A stretch of 64,000 bases of DNA from Candidatus Methylomirabilota bacterium (lineage in GTDB: Bacteria > Methylomirabilota > Methylomirabilia > Rokubacteriales > DASRDR01): positions 23,266 through 87,265 of the forward strand of contig DASZOL010000052.1 of the NCBI GenBank assembly GCA_035550795.1, given 5' to 3'. The notes beneath the pieces are model-generated. The model saw only the letters and a program-made list of their open reading frames with translations. It did no database searches and was not told the DNA's origin. Shown piece by piece: positions 56,328-64,000 of this stretch. Positions within the stretch are counted from its first letter, which is position 1; every line of letters starts with the position of its first letter. A program made the translations under genes and the position numbers.

Positions 56328-58220
56328 TCAATCGCCCCGCTCCGCGAGAATGTCGTCGGCCGCCTTCTCGGCGACCATGTAGACCGCGCTGACCGGAAAG
56401 AAGCCGGGGATCCGCGGGAAGACCGACGCGTCGACGACCCGCAGACCTCGGGTACCGTGCACGCGGAAGTCGCCGCTGAGCACGCCGCCGTCGTCGCGCG
56501 GTCCGATCGGGCAGCTACAGGACGCGTGGTGGCCCCAGGCGTTGGCTCGCACGAACTCTCGGAGCTCTGCGTCCGATTGCCGATGGTCGCCAGGCTGCTC
56601 CTCCGCGACGATGAGCCCGCCGCGTCTGAGGTGCGCGTTGATGCGACGCACGAGCTTGATCCCGGCGACGACGGAGTCCAGATCCTCGCCAGCCGCGTCG
56701 TCGCCCTCCTCGAAGTAGCGGAAGCTGACGTGTGGCGGCTCCCGCGGATCGGGCGAGCGGAGCGTGACCTCGCCCGCCCGGTTACGGGTGTGGGCCTTGA
56801 GGATCGTCCACGTGAGGTAGTTGAGGCGCGTGGCGACGAGCGTCGAGTAGCTCGGGAAGTAGCCGTCGAACGGGGCCAGAAGGCCGAAGCAGTAGAGGTC
56901 CGGCAGCACCCGCTCCGGGGCGGAGCGCGCGCTCACGCCGAGGATCGCGCCGTTGCTCGCATACACCCCTCTCCGCCGGTTCGCCCACTCGCGGTGCTGC
57001 GGATCCCCCTCCGCGAACCGGGCGCCTTCGAGCACCTTCCACTGCGCGAAGGCCATGCGGCTCACCACTCCGATCTCGTAGCGGTCCTGGAGGTTCTGGC
57101 CCACGCCGGGGAGGTCAACTCGGACCCCGATGCCGTACCGCTCGAGCACGCCGCGCGGCCCCACCCCGGAAAGCATCAACAGCTGCGGCGTGTTGAAGGC
57201 CCCGCCCGCCAGGATGACCTCCGCGGAGGCACGGATCTCCCGGCGCTCCCCCGCCTCGCCGCTTGGGAACCGGTGCGCGCGGTAGAGCCGTTCTCCGCGC
57301 AGGTACTCCACGCCGAGCGCCCGGTTTCCCGCGCCGAAGAGCACGCGCGTGACCAGCGCGTCGAGCTCCAGCCGGAGACGGTCCGGATGCCGCCGGGCCA
57401 CGTCGAGGACGCGCTCTCGCGCGCCCATCCGCGCGTGGTCGCGGGTGGCGAGGGGCAGGTACCCGACGCCCACGGCGTTTTGCTTCACCAGGCGCCAGTC
57501 GTTCGGATCGGCCTTGCCCTGGAGCAGCCACCACAGCCGGGTGATCGGCGGTGCAACCTCGCGGATCGCCAGGCGTGCCGAGCGCTTCATCACCTTGGCC
57601 AGCGCCCGGTCCCGCAAGATGGGCCGGATGTCTGCCCGCTCGGTGTGGAGCCAACCCGCCCAGCCGTGATGCGTGGGATCGATCCCGAGCTTGGCGAGCC
57701 AGCGGTAGACCGGGCGATGGTGGCAGTTCTCGACGCGCCGGAGGTAGCGGCGCATGTTGCCGGCGCTCCACGAGCGATCCCCGGTGAGTGCGGCGATGCC
57801 ATCCCAGTCGGCGTCGTGGGGATAGACGAAGATCAGCGCGTTGTGCGCGGTGCAGCCTCCCAGCGTCCCCGCCCGCGGGTACAGCACGCCGTTGACCTTC
57901 CGGCCGTCCCAGGTCTCCCGGTATTTCGGGTCCCGGCGCTGCTCCGCGTCGCTCTCGTAGTGCCGGACGAAGAAGTTCCAGGCGAGCGCGTCGTTCTCGG
58001 ACGCGAAGGCGTGGAAGGCCGGGACGTCGTAGGCGGCGGGGAGGCGGTTGCCGCCCGGGTCGACCGGGTCCCCTCCCGTCAGCCGGCGCGGATCGCCGCC
58101 GGCCTCGAGCAGCGTCACCGTGCGTCCCGCCTCGGCGAGCCGGGCGGCCACCGTCCCTCCGCCGGCGCCGGAGCCGACGACGACGTATTCGCACTCCGTG
58201 GAGCGAGGGTCAGCTGCCAT
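56328..58220 (-). CDS. GMC family FAD-dependent oxidoreductase (choline dehydrogenase-like, probably H2O2-forming)
   Basis: YVVVGSGAGGGTVAARLAE (FAD Rossmann). GMC signature blocks and C-terminal active-site region ...HASCSCPIG...VVDASVFP. Confidence 0.85.
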   Translation of the reverse strand: MAADPRSTECEYVVVGSGAGGGTVAARLAEAGRTVTLLEAGGDPRRLTGGDPVDPGGNRLPAAYDVPAFHAFASENDALAWNFFVRHYESDAEQRRDPKYRETWDGRKVNGVLYPRAGTLGGCTAHNALIFVYPHDADWDGIAALTGDRSWSAGNMRRYLRRVENCHHRPVYRWLAKLGIDPTHHGWAGWLHTERADIRPILRDRALAKVMKRSARLAIREVAPPITRLWWLLQGKADPNDWRLVKQNAVGVGYLPLATRDHARMGARERVLDVARRHPDRLRLELDALVTRVLFGAGNRALGVEYLRGERLYRAHRFPSGEAGERREIRASAEVILAGGAFNTPQLLMLSGVGPRGVLERYGIGVRVDLPGVGQNLQDRYEIGVVSRMAFAQWKVLEGARFAEGDPQHREWANRRRGVYASNGAILGVSARSAPERVLPDLYCFGLLAPFDGYFPSYSTLVATRLNYLTWTILKAHTRNRAGEVTLRSPDPREPPHVSFRYFEEGDDAAGEDLDSVVAGIKLVRRINAHLRRGGLIVAEEQPGDHRQSDAELREFVRANAWGHHASCSCPIGPRDDGGVLSGDFRVHGTRGLRVVDASVFPRIPGFFPVSAVYMVAEKAADDILAERGD

Positions 58221-58236
58221 CAGAGCCCGTGCCGCC

Positions 58237-60696
58237 TTAGAAGGTCTTGAGGAACTCGATCAAGGCGCGCTTGTCCTCGTCGCTCAGCCCCGGCTCCTCC
58301 GTGAAGACGCTCGTGCCGAAGTAGTGGCCCCGGTCGACGACGAAGTCGGGGCACTTGCTGAGAGCGAGCAGCCGGGGCACGAGTGGGGCGAAGGCGCGGC
58401 GCGCCTCCTCGTCGCTGCCCTTTCCGTCCAGCTTCTTCAGGTCCCGAATGAGCTCGTGCAGCAACGGGAGCATTCGCTTCAGGTGCGCCGCGCGCTGCGC
58501 CAGGTCGGCGCCGTCGGGCATGAGCTCCAGGTTCGCCAGCAGGTTCACTGGAGTGCCGGCGGGAATGGGCCCGATCTGGACGCCGCCCTCCCCGAAGAGC
58601 CAGGGCGCGTGCCGGTTGAGCCGCCCGAGCAACGGCGCCAGCTCGTCGGGGAGGTACCCCGCCGGCACTCGGAGGAAGCTCTGGGCCGTCGTCCGATCGA
58701 TGGTTCCCGGCACCTTGTCGCCCAGCACCGCGTCCTTGTCGCGGCGCTCCGGCCAGAGCAGCTTCTCGATCGAGTCCTGGAAGGATCCCAGGCGGGCCTC
58801 GACCGACGGGCTCGGGTCGAAGCGCCCCAGGCTGTTGTTCTGGAGGAAGGGCGCCGTCGACCAGACGCTCACGAGCGAGGACGGGCGCGTGTACCCGCGG
58901 CCGCCGGCCGGCATCTGGTAAGGCCGCGGCGCGCCGGTGAAGGGATCGTGCACGGTGATCGTGCCGACCGACGGGAGATCCTTGTAGGACTGGGAGGAGA
59001 AGTTGTCCCAGATGTTGCCGCCGATCGCGTTCGTCGCGAGCGGGCTGCACGCGTTGGTCTCGAGGAGCGTGACCGGCACCCGAATCTCGTTCGACAGGAA
59101 ATTTCCCTCGAGGAAGTCGTCGGCGAGCACGATCTGCCGCATCTTCTGCTTGTACTCGTCGGTCTTGGTCCAGTCCCAGTAGCGGTTCCAGCAGGTGAGG
59201 TAGCCCGGCCCCGCGCAGCCACCCGGGTCCATGCCGGGGGCGGGCTCGGGGCCCTTGCTCGAATGGCAGCGAGCGCAGCGGTCGGCGAACGCGAGCTTCC
59301 CGCGCCGGAGCGCGGCTTGGTCCTTGGTCAGGAAGGCGGCGCCCCCCGGGGCGTCCCGCAGGCGGTGCGGGGTCGCCGCCCTCAGGAAGAAGAGCGCCAT
59401 GGCCGGCGACTGGGCCTCGGTCGCCAGCCAGTAGTTGGAGTTCTTGCGGGCGACGCTGATCTCAATCGGCGTGATGGGCTTGCCGCCGACCAAGGCCTTG
59501 AAGTGCAGCAGCCACTCCTCGCTGAACAGGCCGATATTCAGGTACACACGGTTGAGCGCTCCAAGCGCGCCCACCGAGTCCGAGCCGTCCTTGAGGACGC
59601 GCGGCGTCCAGACCGTGTCAGGCTTCTGGAAGAACTCCGTCAGCGGGCCGGTCGTGACGTAGTCGTTCAGCTGGCGGTTGTGGAGAGCTCCTCCTGTGAG
59701 CGTTTCCTTCCCCCACCGCTTCGCGAGCTCCAGGCGCGGGCCCAGTTGGTAGACCGCGTTCATCGTGCGAGGGTTGTTGATGTAGTCGGTCGACACGAGG
59801 GAGGTGTCGAGGGCGCCCGGCCGGGACGTGTTGAGCAGCTGGTACATGTAGTTCGTCCGGTCGTACTTCCAGCTGAAGATGCGCTGGACCCAGAAGTACT
59901 GGGCGCCCACGTTGGAGGCCAGGTTCTCCCACCTGGGGTTCTCGGCGTCGCTCGGCGGCTTCGTGGGGCTGGGGCCTACGTGGCAGAAGCCGCACGACAT
60001 GCCCACGCGGTAGGGCCGAACCAGGTCCTTCGAGTTGTAGTACTTCTCGTCCGTGTAGTACTTCACCGGATCCCACTTCTTGGCGGCCGCCTCGTCGAAG
60101 TCAGGGTTCGGGAACAGCCGGAGACCCACGATCCCGGAGGCGTGTCCGTAGTAGGACCCGACCGGGATGCTCCGGCCGCGGGCGCCGATCCGCACGCCGG
60201 GGTACTTCTGTTCGTTCTCGAAGGGATCGGGAGGGCAGTCCGCGCGGCGATTGTCGAGCCACAGCCCGTATCGCCGGGGATCCGGCCCGGTCGGCTTTTC
60301 GAAGCAGGGCTCGTTGATCAGCCCGAGATACGACCAGCGGTTGTGCCGGCCGAAATGCTTGAGGGTCGGATCGGGATGGGACGACACGATCTTGAGGAGG
60401 TCGAAGACCCCGAAGCTCGATACGCTGATCGCATCCCAGAAGCGGTCGTTCCCGCCCGTCCAGACGATCCAGGTATTGCGGCCCTGGACCTCTTCGGGAG
60501 TCAGACTGCCGCCGCCGTCCATGTCATGGAAGTAGTCCTCGGTCGCCGCGGGAAACGAGGCGACCGGCCGGCCGGCCCGGCTGGCCTCGTCGAGGACCTC
60601 CCCCGGCCGTGGCTCGGTCTTCCCGCAGGCCGCCAGCAAGAGCGTGACGCACAGGAACAGCAGCACTCCACGCCGGCATGAGCCACGGTCGGCCAT
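58237..60696 (-). CDS. Large diheme c-type cytochrome lipoprotein (two CxxCH), RoxA / CCP-MauG-like superfamily
   Basis: Lipobox LLLAACG. Heme-binding motifs CGFCH (about residue 235) and CARCH (about 474). RBS AAGGAGA before ATG 60696. About 820 aa. Confidence 0.6.
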   Translation of the reverse strand: MADRGSCRRGVLLFLCVTLLLAACGKTEPRPGEVLDEASRAGRPVASFPAATEDYFHDMDGGGSLTPEEVQGRNTWIVWTGGNDRFWDAISVSSFGVFDLLKIVSSHPDPTLKHFGRHNRWSYLGLINEPCFEKPTGPDPRRYGLWLDNRRADCPPDPFENEQKYPGVRIGARGRSIPVGSYYGHASGIVGLRLFPNPDFDEAAAKKWDPVKYYTDEKYYNSKDLVRPYRVGMSCGFCHVGPSPTKPPSDAENPRWENLASNVGAQYFWVQRIFSWKYDRTNYMYQLLNTSRPGALDTSLVSTDYINNPRTMNAVYQLGPRLELAKRWGKETLTGGALHNRQLNDYVTTGPLTEFFQKPDTVWTPRVLKDGSDSVGALGALNRVYLNIGLFSEEWLLHFKALVGGKPITPIEISVARKNSNYWLATEAQSPAMALFFLRAATPHRLRDAPGGAAFLTKDQAALRRGKLAFADRCARCHSSKGPEPAPGMDPGGCAGPGYLTCWNRYWDWTKTDEYKQKMRQIVLADDFLEGNFLSNEIRVPVTLLETNACSPLATNAIGGNIWDNFSSQSYKDLPSVGTITVHDPFTGAPRPYQMPAGGRGYTRPSSLVSVWSTAPFLQNNSLGRFDPSPSVEARLGSFQDSIEKLLWPERRDKDAVLGDKVPGTIDRTTAQSFLRVPAGYLPDELAPLLGRLNRHAPWLFGEGGVQIGPIPAGTPVNLLANLELMPDGADLAQRAAHLKRMLPLLHELIRDLKKLDGKGSDEEARRAFAPLVPRLLALSKCPDFVVDRGHYFGTSVFTEEPGLSDEDKRALIEFLKTF

Positions 60697-60971
60697 GTAG
60701 GTCTCCTTGAGCGCTTCGTGTCCGCTCGGTCGCACGAGCCGCGACACCCCCGGACGCTGAGCGTGAACGGTGTCCCGCTGTGGTACCCAGCCGAGCGAGG
60801 GCAGTCCCCCGGTCGCCCGGGGCCGGCGCCGGCCCCGGCCGGCCGGGCGGCGGGGGCGGCGCGTCGAGCCGATCAGGCGCGCCTCCGTGTCGTCGAGGCC
60901 CCTCCGCGGCGCCCGACCGCGCGGGACATCGCCGAAGCACGGCGACATCGGCGCCCTTCCATCCCGCACCC

Positions 60972-61811
60972 TCAGCCCAGCCGGCCCGCCGGACGTCGGG
61001 GGGCGAGGCGCTGCACGACGGCCACGGCGCGTGACGCGTCTCCGTGCACCGCCGTCACGCGCTCGAGGCCGCGGTCCAGGAGCACGCCGAGGTCGGGATT
61101 CGCGGGATCCAGGGCCTGGACGAGCGCGTCGAGGTCCTTCTCATCGAGATCGACCCCCTGCGTCCGCGCGTAGATGATCACGGCAAGCCGGACCGTCCGG
61201 TTCTCCGGCCCGATCAGATCCCGGATCGTCTCGACGAGCACACCCGGGGTGGAGTCGACGAGCAGAACCTGCAGCGTGTTCGTGAGGACCCGCCGGCGGT
61301 GGTCGAGCTTGCCGTCCCGGAGATCGAGCACCACGTCACGCGGGCGTCGCGACGCATCGTCCTTGAGGTCAGCCCGGATCGCCTCCACGATCTCGCGCGG
61401 AAGCTCCGGGAGGGTCAGCACGTCTCGCGTGACCGCGACGGGTACCCGCGGCACGAGCGTCAGCACGACGCGGAGGCCCCCGATGGTGTCCCCCACGAAC
61501 TCGCCGGTGGTCAAGAGCTCCGTGGCGGCCCGGGCCTCGTCTACTCCGATCGGGCTTCCCGCGAGTCGACCGAGCTTGGACATCGCGCGGGCGATCGTGG
61601 CCGGGTCGATGTCGTCGGGCACCAGGGCCTGCCGCGGTCGATCCCTTGCACCCGCCGCCAGGAGCGCGATCAGCCCGGGCAGGGTGAAGCGGCCGGCCGC
61701 CGCCTCGTCGGCCGGATCGGAGGCAGACCCCCCGAGGCGGCTCAAGAAAGCATCCGTCCGGCGACTGATCCGGTCCAGCAGCTCACGCGCTCTCGTCATG
61801 GTCACCTCCAT
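60972..61811 (-). CDS. Hypothetical protein
   Basis: Clean ORF of diverse composition. No family recognised. Confidence 0.45.
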   Translation of the reverse strand: MEVTMTRARELLDRISRRTDAFLSRLGGSASDPADEAAAGRFTLPGLIALLAAGARDRPRQALVPDDIDPATIARAMSKLGRLAGSPIGVDEARAATELLTTGEFVGDTIGGLRVVLTLVPRVPVAVTRDVLTLPELPREIVEAIRADLKDDASRRPRDVVLDLRDGKLDHRRRVLTNTLQVLLVDSTPGVLVETIRDLIGPENRTVRLAVIIYARTQGVDLDEKDLDALVQALDPANPDLGVLLDRGLERVTAVHGDASRAVAVVQRLAPRRPAGRLG

Positions 61812-61881
61812 CCCGAGCCGGCTCGGGCAGGCGCGATGCGCAGCGTCCCCGACGGCGCCCTGCCCGGCCGCGGCACGTTTT

Positions 61882-62791
61882 TCAGACTCCCAGCTCGCTC
61901 AGGAGCACGTGCTGGGCGGCTTTCCGGGCGGCCGTCCCGGCGAACGCACCGGCTGCGGCCGCGATCAGGGGGTTCGACTGAAAGGTCGAGACGCCCAGCG
62001 TCGCTTGCTCGACCGCGCTCACCGCCTGCGACTCGGCGACTCCCGACACGCCCCGAAACCACCGCATCAGCTTGTCGGAGTGGCCCTGGGCCTGCTCCCG
62101 CGCAGCTTGATCCGCGCCTCCATGTCTCCATAGCGGATGTCGTCCACGGACTCGACCAGGAGGCGCACCAGGTCACGGAGATACCGCTCGCCCGTGCGCT
62201 CCGCCAGGATGGCGCGAAGCGCGGCGAGCCCCTCGGGCCCCGGGCTCGCGACCTGCACCGGGGACACGATCCGCGTTCCGTCCACCGCGGGGTAGCCGTC
62301 CCCGAAGAAGTAGCCGAGATAGGCCGCCGGACCGCGTCGGGAACCCGGCCGTCGGTGAGGTTCCGGAGCGTCGTCACGAACGAGAGCACGATCCCCGGAT
62401 GGCCGCCGACCAGCCGCGCAACACCGCCGAGGGCCGGCCGCACCAGCGCCGTCCCGAGGTCGCCCCCGACCGCGAGGATCGCGTCGGGGTGCCGGGCCGC
62501 GAACAGCCGATCGATGACGTCGCGGGATCGGTTGAACACGCGGGGCCGATCGAGCAGGTTATCCTCGTCCAGGAGGTCAAGCAGGTTGAGCTCGTGGAAC
62601 GACGTGAGCGCGTCCAGGATCTCCATGTCCGGCATCTCGGAGGGGCTTCGAAGCAATCGCCAGAGCGGACTCTGAGCGCCCCGCGTCGTCGAGCCGCCCG
62701 CCTTCGTCCGCGCCCCCCTCTCCAGAGCCTCGCCAACCTCCATCTGGAGGCGGGCAGCGCGCGCATGCAGCCTGTTCGACAGATCGCTCAC
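61882..62791 (-). pseudogene. Gene disrupted by two frameshifts (three consecutive frames, about 62791-62320, 62320-62100 and 62100-61882)
   Basis: The N-terminal part MSDLSNRLH...LSFVTTLRNLTDG continues in a second frame as ...AAYLGYFFGDGYPAVDGTRIVSPVQVASPGPEGL...DIRYGDMEARIKL, then in a third frame as REQAQGHSDKLMRWF...QHVLLSELGV. Each frame beyond its shift point is R/G/S-rich junk. Confidence 0.4.
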
Positions 62792-62808
62792 TGGCCTCGC
62801 CTCCCGCG

Positions 62809-63984
62809 CTATTTCCCGGCGCTTCCCAGACGAGGCACCAGGACCGAGGCGAACCGAGTGGCCGCCCCGTCCTCCGGTGGGCCCATGATGATTCGGCCGC
62901 GCTCGGCGCGGATCGCCCGTCCGGTCCGGGAATCCACCAGGGAGAACGCGTCACCCTCGCGAATGACCTCCGCCGGGCTGCCCGCTCGCTTGTCGAGGCG
63001 GAATAGCGTGGCCTCGGCCGGGCCCCGGAACGCCACGAGCCGCCCGTCCGGCTCCGCATTCACGTACGGATCACCCCACACCCCGCGCAGCGACACCAGG
63101 TCGCCGCTCTGCAGGGGGCCTCGCGAGCCGCCCCGCTTGCCGAACACCCAGGAGCTCGCGGCATCGGCCCCTCGGTCCGCCTTGACGTCCCTGTCCTCGA
63201 TCCGGAGCCAGGCCTCGCTGGTCGCGGCCGCCGAAGACGAGACGGCGCCCGGCGGTCGCCAGCCGTGGATCAGCACGAGATCGCCCGCGGCGATCGTCCG
63301 CGGCTCGGTGTTGGAGACGGACAAGGCTCTGGCGTCGGCGAATCGCGGGTTCAGGGTGAGGATGGCGACGTAACCGAACTCGCGCCCCGTCCGAAGCTCC
63401 TTGTTCGGGTAAACCTCCTCCACCCGGGCGAAGCGCTCGACGTACTCGCGAAACGACTCCGCCGGGCGCCGGCCGCCGCCTTGCCGCGCCAGGTACTGGG
63501 AGGCCTGCCCGACCGCCCCCTGCAGGGCGTTCTGCCGGGCCTGGTCGGGGTAGGTGCTCCGGCCGACCCCGGAGAAGCACAGGCTCCCGGCGGCGGGCCA
63601 GCGCGCACACTCCGCAGACTGCTGGGCCCCCGGCGCGGCCGCCCAGGCCGTCGACGGTGCGAGCGACGCCCGCTTCGAATCCGGACCGAGGGCGCCGATG
63701 ATCGCAGCGTAGCGCGCCTGCACCTGTTGCTCCAGCTGCAGCAGGGCCTCGCCGCTCGCCGACAGGTCGGCCGACTCGGCCACGACCTTGCCCAGCTCGC
63801 GCTCGTGTCGGGCCCGGTCGATGTTCCGCCTGAGCGCACGGTGATCGTCCGAGAACAGGGTGTTCGTGGCGAAGGTCACGGCGGAGATGACCACGCCCAT
63901 GACGAGCGTGGACACACGGGCCCTGGTGCCCTCGAACTTCTGGACCGCCGCGCTGGTGGCCCCCAGGATGCCAACCACCAGCAC
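62809..63984 (-). CDS. Hypothetical protein with N-terminal TM helices (N-terminus may extend beyond the window end)
   Basis: Long clean ORF. N-terminal hydrophobic segments, then a coiled region and a C-terminal domain. No family recognised. Confidence 0.4.
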   Translation of the reverse strand: MLVVGILGATSAAVQKFEGTRARVSTLVMGVVISAVTFATNTLFSDDHRALRRNIDRARHERELGKVVAESADLSASGEALLQLEQQVQARYAAIIGALGPDSKRASLAPSTAWAAAPGAQQSAECARWPAAGSLCFSGVGRSTYPDQARQNALQGAVGQASQYLARQGGGRRPAESFREYVERFARVEEVYPNKELRTGREFGYVAILTLNPRFADARALSVSNTEPRTIAAGDLVLIHGWRPPGAVSSSAAATSEAWLRIEDRDVKADRGADAASSWVFGKRGGSRGPLQSGDLVSLRGVWGDPYVNAEPDGRLVAFRGPAEATLFRLDKRAGSPAEVIREGDAFSLVDSRTGRAIRAERGRIIMGPPEDGAATRFASVLVPRLGSAGK

Positions 63985-64000
63985 CAGCGAGAGCAGGATT

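Noticed and set aside
1-64000. Searched by eye for CRISPR repeats, tRNA or rRNA genes, transposases, integrases, phage genes and direct-repeat-flanked insertions
   Set aside because: Nothing was found: no regularly spaced repeats, no tRNA-like GC-clamped cloverleaf candidates in intergenic regions, and no DDE or tyrosine-recombinase motifs in any frame. The window looks like core or accessory chromosome rather than a mobile element.

Overview
This is a very GC-rich bacterial chromosomal segment; third codon positions are almost all G/C. It carries about 60 tightly packed genes on both strands with many ATGA/GTGA start-stop overlaps. The organism looks diderm: two outer-membrane beta-barrel proteins end in an aromatic residue, there are several lipobox lipoproteins, and four exact sigma54 -24/-12 promoter matches. 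I infer a Myxococcota-like origin, since Haliangium-type genomes also carry EncFtn encapsulins and RoxA-like diheme oxygenases. Left to right, the window contains:
- glgX (3' fragment) and treY for trehalose synthesis, followed by a family-1 encapsulin operon with EncFtn cargo.
- A sigma54-driven M48 lipoprotein peptidase.
- An F420-dependent LLM oxidoreductase translationally coupled to a UdgX-like uracil-DNA glycosylase that carries the KLRIH crosslinking loop.
- An SRPBCC-ADH-SDR operon.
- An 11-gene gas vesicle operon (16127-24850) whose composition I do not recognise. It has two GvpA/J paralogs, a PAS/GAF histidine kinase and a REC-only response regulator embedded in the operon, three GvpF/L paralogs, GvpG, a GvpA-family small protein and GvpK. 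A tandem ArsA/Get3-like ATPase sits where GvpN would normally be expected, and there is no GvpN or GvpO.
- A cluster of lipid-modification genes (DAGK-like kinase, MprF-type flippase domain, PAP2 phosphatase, outer-membrane barrel).
- An AraC regulator beside an alginate-export-family barrel, and an OmpR-type two-component system.
- A 13-kb island with four distinct heme enzyme families plus an H2O2-generating GMC flavoprotein. These are an alpha-dioxygenase/cyclooxygenase-like fatty acid dioxygenase lipoprotein divergent from a catalase-related Thr-His heme protein (a candidate oxylipin pathway), a DyP-type peroxidase, a GMC oxidoreductase and a RoxA-like diheme c-type cytochrome.
- One gene broken by two frameshifts.
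I recognised no rRNA, tRNA, CRISPR array or transposase. All calls rest on reading the six-frame translations for family motifs; no database search was run.
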